The notes: generated by a model not told the origin, from the sequence alone. Counted from the stretch's first letter, positions 17,042-28,240 are shown. The stretch: 64,000 nucleotides of DNA from Bacteroidota bacterium (GCA_027491355.1 JAIXWI010000015.1:34588-98587); one strand, 5' to 3'. Numbers and translations are program-made.

Positions 17042-19056
17042 ATGACTACGCGTTCTTCAGGTTTTTTATACATTTGCTGGCCTTTTTGAATTCCAAATGC
17101 TTCAAAAAATGATGGCATATTACTCAAAGTGCCCAGTACCCTGTATTCTCCAGGAGAATGTGGGTCGGTCATGATCAATTGACGGATGGCTTCAGGCCTT
17201 GCATTATTTTTCCAAACTTGTGCAAATCCAATGAAAAAACGCTGTTCAGGTGTAAATCCATTGATAATTGGTAATGGATTTTTTCTTGTATACATTTTTA
17301 AAGCTTCGTATGCAATGGTCAATCCTCCAAAATCAGCAATGTTTTCGCCCAAAGTTAACGCTCCGTTAATTGGTAAACTGTCAAGCATTTTATAGGAATT
17401 GTATTGTTCAATTAATTTTTGAGTACGTTTTTCAAATTGAATTTTGTCTTCATTGGTCCACCAGCTCTTTAAATTTCCATCTGCACCATATTTACTGCCT
17501 TGGTCATCAAATCCATGAGTCAATTCATGACCAATTACAGCACCAATGCTCCCAAAATTGATAGCTGGATCAGCTTTAGGATCAAAAAAAGGTGCTTGCA
17601 TAATGGCTGCCGGAAAGACAATTTCATTCAAAGTAGGGCTGTAGTATGCATTTACAGTTTGTGGCAACATGCTCCATTTGTTACGGTCTATTGGTTTTCC
17701 TAATTTAGAGAGCATGTCTTTGTGTGAAAATTTTGCTGCTCTAAAATAGTTTTCCAAATATGAATCCGGTTTGACCTCTAAATTTTTAAAGTCAGTCCAA
17801 ACATCCGGATAGCCAAATTTTCTATTAAATGAATTCAATTTGATTAGAGCCATTTTTTTGGTTTCAGCAGACATCCATTCCAATTGATTGATACGTATTT
17901 TAAATGCCTCTACAATCAAATCAACCATTTCATTGACTTGTTTTTTGGAATCTGGCGTGAATACTTTCTCAACAAACAATTGACCTAGTAATTCACCTAC
18001 AACAGAATTTGCTGCAGTTATGCCTCTTTTCCATATAGGTTTTTGCTCTTTTGCACCACTGAGAATTGTTCCATAAAACTCGAAGTTCTTGCGCTCATAA
18101 CTAGATCCTAGGTAACCCATTGATGTGTTAAAAGCATTCCACAAAACATATTGTTTTAGTTGAAAAACGCCCAAAGAATCAAATAAACTGTTCAAATGAG
18201 CAAAGAATGCAGGTTGACTTACAATGATGCTATCCGGGTTACTAATTTTATTGGCTTTAAAATACAAATCAAACTTCAAATTCGGATAAAGGGCTAATAA
18301 GTCAGCAAATGCATATTTATTATACTGTTTCTCTTGGTTTCTTCTCTCAGTTCTGGTCATTGAATATCTTGCCAATTCATTCTCAATTGCAAACACATCA
18401 GAAGCAAAATTTGAATCAACAATACCAAACAATTTAGCACTTTCAGTTATGTGTTTTTTGTACGCATTTCTTATTTCTTCTGAGCGTCTATCTGTTTTTG
18501 TGTAATAGTCGCGATCAGGTAAACCCAAGCCACTTTGGGAAAGATAACAGATGTATGAGGTAGAATTCTTTAAATCTTGTGAAACGTAAAAACCAAAGAA
18601 ACTTCTGATACCCATTTCATGTAATTCAGCTACATTACTGATTAATTCAGTTTTATTTTGTATGTCGTTTATTTTCTGATATACAGGAACCAATGGCATG
18701 ATACCTTGTGCATCTCTTTTTAGGGTATCCATGAATAATCTGTAAAAAGTGCCTACCTTTTGAATGGTAGAGCCTACAGGAGCATTTGTATTGGCAGCAG
18801 CATTTTCTAAAATTTGCTTTAAAACTTCATTGTTACGTTCTGTTACAATATTAAAGTTACTCCATTTGGATTCACTTGCGGGAACTGGATTGTTTGCTAG
18901 CCATGTGCCATTTGCATATAAATAAAAATTGCTTCCAGGATTTACTTTTTTATCCATGCTAGATTCATCAACACCGGTTTGGCTATCTATTATTGCGAAG
19001 GAAAATAAAAAGAAGGCTGTTACGAAGACAATACCATACAATACGTGCTTGTTCAT
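17035..19056 (-). CDS. M13-family endopeptidase (neprilysin/PepO-like)
   Basis: 673 aa with an N-terminal signal. Motifs HELTHGFDDQGSKY (HExxH), GENIADFGG and NAYY. Confidence 0.85.
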   Translation of the reverse strand: MNKHVLYGIVFVTAFFLFSFAIIDSQTGVDESSMDKKVNPGSNFYLYANGTWLANNPVPASESKWSNFNIVTERNNEVLKQILENAAANTNAPVGSTIQKVGTFYRLFMDTLKRDAQGIMPLVPVYQKINDIQNKTELISNVAELHEMGIRSFFGFYVSQDLKNSTSYICYLSQSGLGLPDRDYYTKTDRRSEEIRNAYKKHITESAKLFGIVDSNFASDVFAIENELARYSMTRTERRNQEKQYNKYAFADLLALYPNLKFDLYFKANKISNPDSIIVSQPAFFAHLNSLFDSLGVFQLKQYVLWNAFNTSMGYLGSSYERKNFEFYGTILSGAKEQKPIWKRGITAANSVVGELLGQLFVEKVFTPDSKKQVNEMVDLIVEAFKIRINQLEWMSAETKKMALIKLNSFNRKFGYPDVWTDFKNLEVKPDSYLENYFRAAKFSHKDMLSKLGKPIDRNKWSMLPQTVNAYYSPTLNEIVFPAAIMQAPFFDPKADPAINFGSIGAVIGHELTHGFDDQGSKYGADGNLKSWWTNEDKIQFEKRTQKLIEQYNSYKMLDSLPINGALTLGENIADFGGLTIAYEALKMYTRKNPLPIINGFTPEQRFFIGFAQVWKNNARPEAIRQLIMTDPHSPGEYRVLGTLSNMPSFFEAFGIQKGQQMYKKPEERVVIW

Positions 19057-19607
19057 TTTGATAGATTTGCTGCTAAAATACGAATTTGATGTTTATTTAT
19101 TGTTTTGTGAATATGTTTTAATGCCGCTTGAATAGAACAAGCCTCAGATTCTTCAACTATTTCAAGGGTTTGAATGAATTCGAAGTAAAAATCAGGGTAG
19201 CGCCGTATGATAGTCAACATTACGTACAACGCATTGACCCGAACAGCCAAAGGGCTTGATAAATTCAATACCATGGCATTACAAATATCATACAACTGAA
19301 TGGTTGTTTTAGCTTTAATAGGCTGTAAAAGATACAAGCAGCCTAATAAATTCCTATTAACTGCAATTGCTTCTTGTTGATTTACGTGCTTTGCAATCTG
19401 AATGTAAAATGAATGTAAAGCTAAATGGTTTTGTTTTGCATAAGTGTGCAAAATCCATGCTACATTAGATTTTAGTTGAACATTGCTTGCATCCAATAAA
19501 TTGACAAGCTGTTTGATAGAAACTTCAGAACAATCTATTTTTATACAAAACCAATTGATTTGTTGTTTTGATTTAATTGCAATTATTTCATTTTCAAGCA
19601 ATTTCAT
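19053..19607 (-). CDS. hypothetical protein (all-alpha, HEAT/ARM-like)
   Basis: 184 aa with no signal peptide. Its stop overlaps the M13 peptidase start (ATGA), suggesting translational coupling. Confidence 0.3.
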   Translation of the reverse strand: MKLLENEIIAIKSKQQINWFCIKIDCSEVSIKQLVNLLDASNVQLKSNVAWILHTYAKQNHLALHSFYIQIAKHVNQQEAIAVNRNLLGCLYLLQPIKAKTTIQLYDICNAMVLNLSSPLAVRVNALYVMLTIIRRYPDFYFEFIQTLEIVEESEACSIQAALKHIHKTINKHQIRILAANLSK

Positions 19608-19615
19608 TCATTAAT

Positions 19616-20320
19616 TTATTTAACTAAACTTTTTAAATAATTGATTTCTTGATTTTCAAATGGAACAAGTTCTCCAGGTTTTAAATGGCCTAATTTTATT
19701 TCACCTATTTCAATCCGAATTAATTTGGTTACTTTTAATCCAAAAACATGGCACATTCTTCTAATTTGTCGGTTTAAACCTTGTTGGAGGCAAATTTGAA
19801 TAGCTGAATCATTTATTTTTTCTATTTGACAAGGTAAAGTCATTTGACCTAAAATTGAAACACCCATTCGCATTTCTGCAACAGCATCATCATGTATACA
19901 CTGATCTAATTCCACATAATACTTTTTCCAAACAGGAGTGGAGTGACTTCTTAAAATTGGATCATGTAATTGACCTGTATTTGTTAAAATCAATAAGCCT
20001 TCGGAAGCCTTGTCCAACCTACCCAAATGAAATAGCGCTTCATCATGTGGCAAGTATTTGGATAAATTATTTGCAACAAGTTGGCTCATTGTACATTCAA
20101 CGCCAACGGGTTTAAAGAATTTGTAAAACAATGGCCTTGTGTTTGGAAAAATGAGTTTGTTTTCAAAATAAACTTCATCAAAAATACCAATAGGCACATT
20201 TTCATAAATGGTTAAATTATTTACTTTAATTTTTCCATTTTGAATGAGTTCATCAACTGCTTTATTTGAAATTTGAAGCGTTTTAACCAGAGAATATTTT
20301 ACTTTGTTTCTGAAACTCAC
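19616..20320 (-). CDS. pseudouridine synthase (RsuA/RluB family)
   Basis: 234 aa with an N-terminal S4-like region and the catalytic motif GRLDKASEGLLILTNTG. Confidence 0.75.
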   Translation of the reverse strand: MSFRNKVKYSLVKTLQISNKAVDELIQNGKIKVNNLTIYENVPIGIFDEVYFENKLIFPNTRPLFYKFFKPVGVECTMSQLVANNLSKYLPHDEALFHLGRLDKASEGLLILTNTGQLHDPILRSHSTPVWKKYYVELDQCIHDDAVAEMRMGVSILGQMTLPCQIEKINDSAIQICLQQGLNRQIRRMCHVFGLKVTKLIRIEIGEIKLGHLKPGELVPFENQEINYLKSLVK

Positions 20321-20327
20321 AACAACT

Positions 20328-21638
20328 TTAATTGACTTGATTGTTCAGACCAATTAAAAAATCTGCAACGACAAAAGTGCTGCCACCAATAAAAATTAAA
20401 TCGTTTGATGACGCAGCTTTTATGGCTGCTTGATAAGCTTCAATTACAGTTGGATATGCTGCTCCATTCAGGTTGTAAGTCAATGCTAAGTTTTGTAATT
20501 CATTTTCTCCTAGCGCTCTTGGCAAATGTGCTTTGGTGAAATAATAGGTTGCAGCTGTTGGCAATAAATGAAGCACAGCGGCATGACTTTTATCCTTCAC
20601 CATTCCAAGTATACAATGAATTTTACCATTTGTAAATCCTTTTAATTGTTGGCAAATCTGTTGCATGCCATGTTCGTTGTGCCCAGTATCACAAATTACC
20701 AAAGGACTTTCGCTTATTTTTTGCCATCTCCCCATTAAGCCAGTATTGATAATGGTTTTTTCAATCCCTTTTGCAATGGCTGGTTCTTTACTTTTTAATA
20801 AATTTAATTTCAAAATTTGGCAAGCAGCAAGCACTGTGCTAATATTTTGAATTTGATAAATTCCATGAAGAGGAGATAAGACCTGTTTTAAGCCTTCCTC
20901 ACCAATTACATTATAAGTAAACATTGAATATGTCCCTTTTGGGACAAAACTTTCAAACTTTATGATGTCATTTGCAAAGTAAATCGGAGATTTTTCATCT
21001 GTTGCTTTTTTTAAAAAAACTGGTTTTGTTTCTGCAACAGTTTCTCCAATAACTACAGGAACTTGAGCCTTAATGATTCCTGCTTTTTCAAAAGCAATTG
21101 TTGCTAAATCATTACCAAGCAAATCAGTATGGTCTAGACCAATATTGGTTACAACAGACAAAAGAGGGTTTATGATATTGGTAGAATCTAACCGTCCTCC
21201 TAAGCCAGTTTCAATAATGGCGATGTCAACTTTCTCTTTTGCAAAATGATGAAAACACAAAGCCAATGTCCATTCAAAAAAAGAGGGCTGAATGTGTTCA
21301 AAATGAGTAGCATATTTTTCAACAAATTCAATCACATCATTTTCGGAAATATCTTTGCCATTGATTTTGATACGCTCCCTGAAATCGATTAAGTGTGGCG
21401 AAGTATACAAGCCAGTTTTATAACCAGCTTCTTGAAAAATTGATGCAAGCATATGACTGGTAGAACCTTTTCCGTTGGTTCCTGCTACATGTATACTCTT
21501 GAACTCCTTTTCAGGATGATCCAAACATTTAACCAATTGAACAATGTTATGTAAGTCTTTTTTATAAGCTGCAGCACCAACCCGGGAAAACATAGGCAGC
21601 TTTTCGTATAAATAATTGAGTGTTTCTTGATAGTTCAA
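20328..21638 (-). CDS. folC: bifunctional folylpolyglutamate synthase/dihydrofolate synthase
   Basis: 436 aa with the Mur-ligase P-loop HVAGTNGKGSTS and FolC-like architecture. Confidence 0.8.
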   Translation of the reverse strand: MNYQETLNYLYEKLPMFSRVGAAAYKKDLHNIVQLVKCLDHPEKEFKSIHVAGTNGKGSTSHMLASIFQEAGYKTGLYTSPHLIDFRERIKINGKDISENDVIEFVEKYATHFEHIQPSFFEWTLALCFHHFAKEKVDIAIIETGLGGRLDSTNIINPLLSVVTNIGLDHTDLLGNDLATIAFEKAGIIKAQVPVVIGETVAETKPVFLKKATDEKSPIYFANDIIKFESFVPKGTYSMFTYNVIGEEGLKQVLSPLHGIYQIQNISTVLAACQILKLNLLKSKEPAIAKGIEKTIINTGLMGRWQKISESPLVICDTGHNEHGMQQICQQLKGFTNGKIHCILGMVKDKSHAAVLHLLPTAATYYFTKAHLPRALGENELQNLALTYNLNGAAYPTVIEAYQAAIKAASSNDLIFIGGSTFVVADFLIGLNNQVN

Positions 21639-21643
21639 CTGAA

Positions 21644-22510
21644 TTACTGTCTAAATCTGAATACAAATGTGATGTAGCCAAATTGTTCTTCTGGACCATC
21701 TGATTTAGGTGAAAATTTAGTTTGCAAAGCACCTTGCTTTGCTTTTTCTAAAAGCGCACTTTCAATGGTAGTAGAACCTGGTTGACCCGGAACAGCTTTT
21801 ATCACATTGCCCTCTCTGTCAACTACAATTCTGACTACTACTTTACCAATAGACTTAGAATTGTCTTCAATAGCAGGTAGTTTTTTCATTGAACGACCTG
21901 CCAACTCAAATTTGAATGGCCCATCTCCGCCTTTTCCATTCCCTCCAAGTCCAGAACCTTGTCCATCCGGAGAGCCATTTGGATCACCATCCGGTCTGCC
22001 CTCATTGCCTGGAATTTCACCATCTCCAAAACCACCATTCCCACTTTGGCTATTGGCACTTTTTTTAAACAATGACCTTTGGTCTACTTTTCTAGGTAAG
22101 TCAAGCGCGGGTGTGCTGGTATTTTCTGTCTGTTGCACCTTTTCCTTTACTATTTTCTTTTCTGTCTTTTCTTTTACCTCTTTGTTTACTTTTTTTTCAG
22201 GCAGTGCAATACTTTCATCTATTTCTTGAGTAACAGGAGTTGGCGCAGAGGCTTCCGTTTGCTCTGAAATTGGAGTGTAATTTTCTTGAGGCATTGGATT
22301 TTCAACTGGAGATTCTGCTGGACCTCCCATGTTTTCTTCACCCAAACTCATCATCATACCCATTGACTCTAATGGTGGATTTGGCGGGTATATCACTATA
22401 AAAAAAAGAATGCATGCCAAAACCCCATGAATAATAAAGGTACCCGCTAAACCGCTGTACTTATGCTTGTTATTTGACCTATGAATGGTATAGTTTTGGC
22501 TTTGTATCAT
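21644..22510 (-). CDS. TonB-family protein (energy transducer, C-terminal TonB domain)
   Basis: N-terminal TM helix, a Pro/Glu/Lys-rich spacer, then a C-terminal ~80-aa domain (VVVRIVVDREGNVIKAVPG...ITFVFRF). Confidence 0.55.
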   Translation of the reverse strand: MIQSQNYTIHRSNNKHKYSGLAGTFIIHGVLACILFFIVIYPPNPPLESMGMMMSLGEENMGGPAESPVENPMPQENYTPISEQTEASAPTPVTQEIDESIALPEKKVNKEVKEKTEKKIVKEKVQQTENTSTPALDLPRKVDQRSLFKKSANSQSGNGGFGDGEIPGNEGRPDGDPNGSPDGQGSGLGGNGKGGDGPFKFELAGRSMKKLPAIEDNSKSIGKVVVRIVVDREGNVIKAVPGQPGSTTIESALLEKAKQGALQTKFSPKSDGPEEQFGYITFVFRFRQ

Positions 22511-22597
22511 TTGAATGTAAAACTAGCTTTGACACGAATGAATAGCTAACGAAATTCTTCCGCTTATCAACATGTAGATTTTTAAAATGTTGACTGA

Positions 22598-24493
22598 TTA
22601 GGGCATTATTTTGAATTCCGTTCTTCTGTTTTTTTGTCTACCATCATTTGTTTTATTGTCAGCAATGGGTTGTTGGTCTGCGTATCCTTTGTAAGAAATT
22701 CTCTGAGCTACTACTTGCTTACTTAATAAAAAATCGTAAACAGCTTTTGCACGATTGGTAGATAAAATTTTGTTTTTAACAGGATCACCTGTGTTGTCTG
22801 TATGACCTCCAATTTCTATTTTAATTTGAGGATTCATTGTTAAAAACTGAATCAACTTTTCTAGTTCAATCTCCGATTCTTTTTTTATTACAAACGCATC
22901 AGTATCAAAAAATATATTATTCAATACAACTTTTGCGCCAGATGCGATTGGCTGTAATGCGACATCCATATTCAGTGGCTCAGTTGCAGATTGATTTGCT
23001 AGGCCAAAGTTTTCAGAATAAAACAAATATCCTGGTGCTGATACATTGAGTGCATAATTTTTGTTACCAAGCAAATTCAATAGAAATTTACCCGTTAACT
23101 TATTTGAATATGACTCTACTATTGTTTTACCTGAACTCAATTCTATGAGTTCTAATTTAGCTCCAATTTTTTTAGAGCTAACAGCATCAAATGTGGTACC
23201 GCTGATGTAACCGGTTTTGATAGGTCTATTTTTTTCAGGTAGTTCAAACCTATACAAATCTAATCCTCCATAGCTATCTGAGCCCTCTCTTGACATATAA
23301 GCATCAACACCATTTGAAGCAATTACGATACAAGTTTCATCCAATTCAGTGTTGATTGGGTAGCCTAAATTTTGGGCAGTTGACCACCTACCATTACTTT
23401 TTTTTGCAACAAATAAATCTACTCTTCCCATACCAGGATGTCCATCACTGTTGAAATAGAGGGTTTCGTCATCTTTGGCAATAAATGGCGATTGTTCATC
23501 ACCTGGGGTGTTTATTTCAGGACCTAGATTAACAGGAACAGACCATTTTCCATTTTTATAGGTAGTACTCCAAATATCACTTTTACCAAAACCACCAGGT
23601 CTGCTACTACTGAAGTAAACAGTTTTTCCGTCAAAACTTACAGATGGTTGACTTTCCCATGAACTTGAATTAACCGGATATCCTAAGTTGGTTGGATTGG
23701 TCCATGAATCGCCGTCTAGTCGAGACAAATAGATATCACAACTTCCAAAACCACCCTGCTTATTGCATGCTGTATAAAAAATATATTGACCATCTGAACT
23801 CAAAGAAACTGTTCCTTCGTTTCTGTCTGTATTAATAGGCTCTCCTATGTTTTGAGCAGGAAGCCAATTGCTATTGTGTTTTTTACTGATAAAAAAGTCT
23901 TCGTTGTTTCCATCAGTCAATCTGGTAAATATTAAGGTATTGTCATCAGCAGTTATGCCTGGAAAGTATTCATTTTCAGATGTGTTTATTTGAGCTCCTA
24001 AGTTAACCGGGTTAAATTGAACAGGATTAACTATTGCTGTTTTTGCAAAAAGTGCAGATGCTTTTAATTTATTAACCTCTTCCTTTTTTCTATAAAAATC
24101 TGATAATTTTAAATACGTATCAGCATTTCTAATTACAGCATCATAATTTTTTTGTTGAAATGAAATGATTGCTAAATAATAATAACTCAGTGGGAAGTTG
24201 GGGTTAATCTGCACTACTTCGTCATAGATGATTGAAGCATTTTTTGAATCACCTGCAGTTCTAATAATTTCAGCAAGTAACATCTTTGCATCAATAAATT
24301 CAGGGTCATATTGGATAGCCTTTTCAATGTTGCGCTTGGCAATAACTTCCTCCATTGCTTGGTAAGCCTTTAAAGCTTCTCCAAAGTAAAATTCAGCTTT
24401 TTTATTTTTGGTACTTGAAAAAGGAAGTTCTTGCCCCTTGGCTTGAACAAAAAATAAAAAGAGACAACTAAATGCAATTACATTTTTTTTCAT
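22598..24493 (-). CDS. OmpA-family protein with TPR and PD40 (WD40-like beta-propeller) repeats
   Basis: 631 aa with a signal peptide. C-terminal OmpA_C motif GHTDNTGDPVKNKILSTNRAKAV, and repeated 'SVSFDGKTVYFSS' PD40-like units. Confidence 0.75.
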   Translation of the reverse strand: MKKNVIAFSCLFLFFVQAKGQELPFSSTKNKKAEFYFGEALKAYQAMEEVIAKRNIEKAIQYDPEFIDAKMLLAEIIRTAGDSKNASIIYDEVVQINPNFPLSYYYLAIISFQQKNYDAVIRNADTYLKLSDFYRKKEEVNKLKASALFAKTAIVNPVQFNPVNLGAQINTSENEYFPGITADDNTLIFTRLTDGNNEDFFISKKHNSNWLPAQNIGEPINTDRNEGTVSLSSDGQYIFYTACNKQGGFGSCDIYLSRLDGDSWTNPTNLGYPVNSSSWESQPSVSFDGKTVYFSSSRPGGFGKSDIWSTTYKNGKWSVPVNLGPEINTPGDEQSPFIAKDDETLYFNSDGHPGMGRVDLFVAKKSNGRWSTAQNLGYPINTELDETCIVIASNGVDAYMSREGSDSYGGLDLYRFELPEKNRPIKTGYISGTTFDAVSSKKIGAKLELIELSSGKTIVESYSNKLTGKFLLNLLGNKNYALNVSAPGYLFYSENFGLANQSATEPLNMDVALQPIASGAKVVLNNIFFDTDAFVIKKESEIELEKLIQFLTMNPQIKIEIGGHTDNTGDPVKNKILSTNRAKAVYDFLLSKQVVAQRISYKGYADQQPIADNKTNDGRQKNRRTEFKIMP

Positions 24494-24972
24494 TTTGATT
24501 GGTATAAGAAAACAACCTTATTGTTTTCAAGGTTAAAATCGTGCCAATTTTCAACATTTGATTCAATCACACAAAAAGAAGCAGGAGGGAAATGGATCGC
24601 ATCTGCTTGCATACAATTCTCAACTAACATATTTAATCCTGGGTTATGTCCAATCAGAATGATTTGCTCTGGATTACCTTCTATGTTTTTAATGAATGAT
24701 AACAATTCTTCAAGAGATGCATGGTACAAATTGGTTTCAATTGATAATTGCAACTGCACTTTGCCCATTGCCTCACAAATTGCAGCCATTGTTTGTTTGG
24801 TTCTTGTTGAAATACTGACATAAAAAACAGGAGAGTCGTGCAGAAAACTTTTAAATTTTGGAAACAAATGAGCTACAGATAGTTTTCCTGATTTGGTCAA
24901 AGGCCTATCAATGTCTGTTCCTGGAAATTCACTTTTTGCTTTGGCATGACGCATTAAAATCAAACTTTTCAT
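24490..24972 (-). CDS. sixA: histidine phosphatase family protein (SixA-like)
   Basis: 160 aa. The sequence MKSLILMRHAKA carries the RHA catalytic His motif. Confidence 0.65.
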   Translation of the reverse strand: MKSLILMRHAKAKSEFPGTDIDRPLTKSGKLSVAHLFPKFKSFLHDSPVFYVSISTRTKQTMAAICEAMGKVQLQLSIETNLYHASLEELLSFIKNIEGNPEQIILIGHNPGLNMLVENCMQADAIHFPPASFCVIESNVENWHDFNLENNKVVFLYQSK

Positions 24973-25436
24973 TCTGATTTTCTTTGTGACTTTCTAACCT
25001 TGGTTCTTGACTCTTGGGAACTTTCATCAAGTTTAGCCATACAAAAGAAGGCAGCATATATAAATCCAGCAATCATTAAAATACCACCAATTGGTGTAAT
25101 GACACCAATGCCATTCAAATACAAGCTAGGGAACAAAACGTTGCACGACAATACAAAAAGAGAACCAGAAAACAGGGTAATACCAACAATCATTAACAAC
25201 AATGCTGTTCCTAAACGGTAATTAAAATGCCTGTGATTGATTGCCAATGTTAAAATCCCTAATCCTTGAAAAAATAAATACTTGACAGCAGTATCAAATA
25301 TTGACAAATCGTTTTCTGGAAGTACTTTTTTTAAGTAATGTGCTCCAAATGCTCCTGATGTAATACCTATAGCACAAATGATCAAAGCTGATTGGGTGTA
25401 AAATTTCCATTTCATAAATTGCAAATTATGAGTCAA
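24969..25436 (-). CDS. DUF423 membrane protein
   Basis: 155 aa with 4 TM helices and the GAFGAHYLKK motif. It overlaps sixA by 4 nt. Confidence 0.55.
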   Translation of the reverse strand: MTHNLQFMKWKFYTQSALIICAIGITSGAFGAHYLKKVLPENDLSIFDTAVKYLFFQGLGILTLAINHRHFNYRLGTALLLMIVGITLFSGSLFVLSCNVLFPSLYLNGIGVITPIGGILMIAGFIYAAFFCMAKLDESSQESRTKVRKSQRKSE

Positions 25437-25528
25437 AAAATATTCAAAATGCTATTTTGGACATTTAACTGTTGACAAATTAAACATATTATTCATGAAT
25501 GTGGAAGTAATTTCGTTGTGAATTGTAA

Positions 25529-28240
25529 ATGATGAACAAACAGTTTGCTACCATAGCGAGTATTTTAATTTCCATAACCCTTGGATTGCTGATTTATTTC
25601 CTGTTTTTTGAGATTGGGGATAAACGGATCAAGCCTATTCAAGTTGTTCCAGAAAATGCAGCATTGGTCATTGAAACAAATCAGTCTAGTCAACTCATCA
25701 AGCAATTCAAGACTTTAGAGTTTTTTAAGGTTTTGTTGAACAACAACAGCTTTGCAAATTATTACAGTCAATTGGACTTAATAGATTCTCTTACAAAAGT
25801 AGATAAAAACACCTATGCATGGATAGGAGATGGAGAATGCGTATTTTCTATGCATGTAAATTTAAACAAACAACCTGCATTTTTTATGGCCATGCAAATC
25901 AAACAAACGCCTAAAATCGCAGAACTCAACAAGTTTGTATCAGGTATTTTTCCGGGAAGATTTCAGGCAATTACCAGAAAATTCCAAGGAGAAGAATTGA
26001 TCGATTTTCAAGATTTTAAAGGTGCCTATAGCTTTAGTGTCGCATTCAAGTCGAGGCTACTTATAATGAGCTTTGACGGCTCTCTTGTGGAGCAAGCAAT
26101 TGTTAAGTTTAAGCAAATCAATCCTGAAAAACAATTGAGTGAAAATGAAGCCTATTTATCTAAAGCAAACAAAGATTTCAATTGCTACATCCAATACAAA
26201 TATTTATCGCAATTTTTATCAGGTACACTCAATACTCAAAGTACTTCAAACTTTCCAATTCTGGAACAGTTTGCCGACAAGGGTTTTTATCAAATTCAAG
26301 CTGATCAACATGATGTAACTTTAAAAGGAGCTGCTTACACAAATCCCAAAAAATTTCAATTTCTAGATTTGTTTAACGGTCATGCACCTGCTGAAAACAA
26401 AGTGATCCCTTATTTAACTGAAAGCATGGTATTTAATTTAAATTTCTGTTTCAATGCATATCAAAAATGGATGCCTAATTTAACAGAGTATTTACACTAT
26501 AAACAATTAGACGTTCAATACAACAATTTTGCAGACAGTATCAATAACCATTGTTTCAAGTCATTGCAGCTTGATTTTACTCATTTAATAGGAAACCAAG
26601 CAGGTTTATTTGCATGTCAGGTTCCGGGAATTGGAAATGACAGTTCTATCGTCACTTATTTTGAAGTAAATGACACTTTAGGTTTTGATAATTTCATGAA
26701 AAAAGTCAATGACTTGAACGTTCAGCCTCAAACAGATTCCTCAACGGTAACAATGACTCAAAATACAATTCAACCATACCCTCTGGGAGATTATCAAAAA
26801 GTTCTCTTTGGTGATCTATTTGAGGGATTGAGTGGAAGTTGTTACATTAGAAAAAACAATTTTGTTTTCATTGCTAATTCAGCTCTTTTGTTAAACCATG
26901 TCCAACAATCATGGAGCAACAAGTTGCTTTGGATTGGACAAGAAAGGGCTTTGAATTTTAAACAAAAATTAATTCCTCAAAGTAATTTCGAGCTATTGGT
27001 TGATGTTACCAAATCATCGAAGTTAACCATGGATTACTTTAATGAAAATTGGTACGGCAATTTTGCCAGAAACCTTGGCACCATCAAAAAAATAGGTTTA
27101 TTGGGATTCCAATTCGGTGGAAGCATAGATAAAACATTCCCCAGCCAAATTCACATACAATTCGATTCAAAACAGAGCGATAAATCTGAGAAACTTTGGG
27201 AAATCAAACTCGATACCATTGCAATAGGTAAGCCGCAATGTGTTTTCAGTGCTAAATTAGGCGAACAAGTGTTGATTTTACAAGACATTCAAAACCAGGT
27301 TTATCAAATTGACATCACAGGTAAAATATGTTGGAAATACCAAGCTGATGGGCCTATCATTTCTACAATTCATGAGTTAGATTTATTCAAGAACAACCAA
27401 AAACAAATAGCTTTTAACACAGAGAAATTCATCTATGTTCTAAACGAAGATGGCAAATCAATACAAGGTTGGCCAATATGGATACCAACATCTACTCATT
27501 ACAGCATGTTGCCTGTCCCAATCAATTCAGAAAACGACATGGCTTTTTTTGTGACTGGCAGGTTTTATAAACTGAGTGCTTTCAATGCTCAAGCAAAACT
27601 ACTTCAGGGATGGAACCCTTTATCTATATACCCTAATCTACAATCAGAATTGTTTAGCATATACAGTAAGGGGGAACTTATCCTTATGGGATTGAATGAA
27701 AAAGGCTACATTTCTTCATTCAATTTGAAGGGTGAAAGTATTCATTCTGTGATAGCAGACTCAACTCAATTGTTCCAAAAAATCATATTGATACAAACAG
27801 ATTCTAATCAAATGCAATTGATTGGTGCTGATAGTAACCAGCTAGTTTTAAATGCATACAAAAATGAACGTTTGGTGTTTAAAAATAAATTAGCCATTCA
27901 GGGCCCAGTTAAATCCTTACAAATCAATAAACAAAACAACAGTATTTACTTTGAAACAGCAAAAAATATAATGGAGTTAGATTTCAATGGTAAGGTATTG
28001 TACAAGACTGAAAATACAGATACTACATTCAAACAAATCACATTCAATCCTTTTGGTGTTTCAGGTCAATCAATTCGTTACAATACGGTAAAAAAGCAGA
28101 TTGAAAGTAGCTTGGAAATGTATCCATTCCCAACACCTTCCAATGGTGTTTATGCCACTGGAGACTTATTCAAAACTCAAGATCAATTTCTAGTTACTGC
28201 TGATACAGCAAACTATATTCATTTGTATAAAATCAAATAG
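25529..28240 (+). CDS. large membrane-anchored protein, DUF3352-like (hypothetical)
   Basis: 903 aa with a single N-terminal TM. The sequence pattern resembles Bacteroidota DUF3352 proteins. No catalytic motifs. Confidence 0.35.
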   Translation: MMNKQFATIASILISITLGLLIYFLFFEIGDKRIKPIQVVPENAALVIETNQSSQLIKQFKTLEFFKVLLNNNSFANYYSQLDLIDSLTKVDKNTYAWIGDGECVFSMHVNLNKQPAFFMAMQIKQTPKIAELNKFVSGIFPGRFQAITRKFQGEELIDFQDFKGAYSFSVAFKSRLLIMSFDGSLVEQAIVKFKQINPEKQLSENEAYLSKANKDFNCYIQYKYLSQFLSGTLNTQSTSNFPILEQFADKGFYQIQADQHDVTLKGAAYTNPKKFQFLDLFNGHAPAENKVIPYLTESMVFNLNFCFNAYQKWMPNLTEYLHYKQLDVQYNNFADSINNHCFKSLQLDFTHLIGNQAGLFACQVPGIGNDSSIVTYFEVNDTLGFDNFMKKVNDLNVQPQTDSSTVTMTQNTIQPYPLGDYQKVLFGDLFEGLSGSCYIRKNNFVFIANSALLLNHVQQSWSNKLLWIGQERALNFKQKLIPQSNFELLVDVTKSSKLTMDYFNENWYGNFARNLGTIKKIGLLGFQFGGSIDKTFPSQIHIQFDSKQSDKSEKLWEIKLDTIAIGKPQCVFSAKLGEQVLILQDIQNQVYQIDITGKICWKYQADGPIISTIHELDLFKNNQKQIAFNTEKFIYVLNEDGKSIQGWPIWIPTSTHYSMLPVPINSENDMAFFVTGRFYKLSAFNAQAKLLQGWNPLSIYPNLQSELFSIYSKGELILMGLNEKGYISSFNLKGESIHSVIADSTQLFQKIILIQTDSNQMQLIGADSNQLVLNAYKNERLVFKNKLAIQGPVKSLQINKQNNSIYFETAKNIMELDFNGKVLYKTENTDTTFKQITFNPFGVSGQSIRYNTVKKQIESSLEMYPFPTPSNGVYATGDLFKTQDQFLVTADTANYIHLYKIK

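Noticed and set aside
21807-22229. 140-aa Pro/Ser-rich + ORF antisense to the TonB-family gene
   Set aside because: It mirrors the Pro/Glu-rich spacer of TonB, with low-complexity reading through on the opposite strand. It is spurious.
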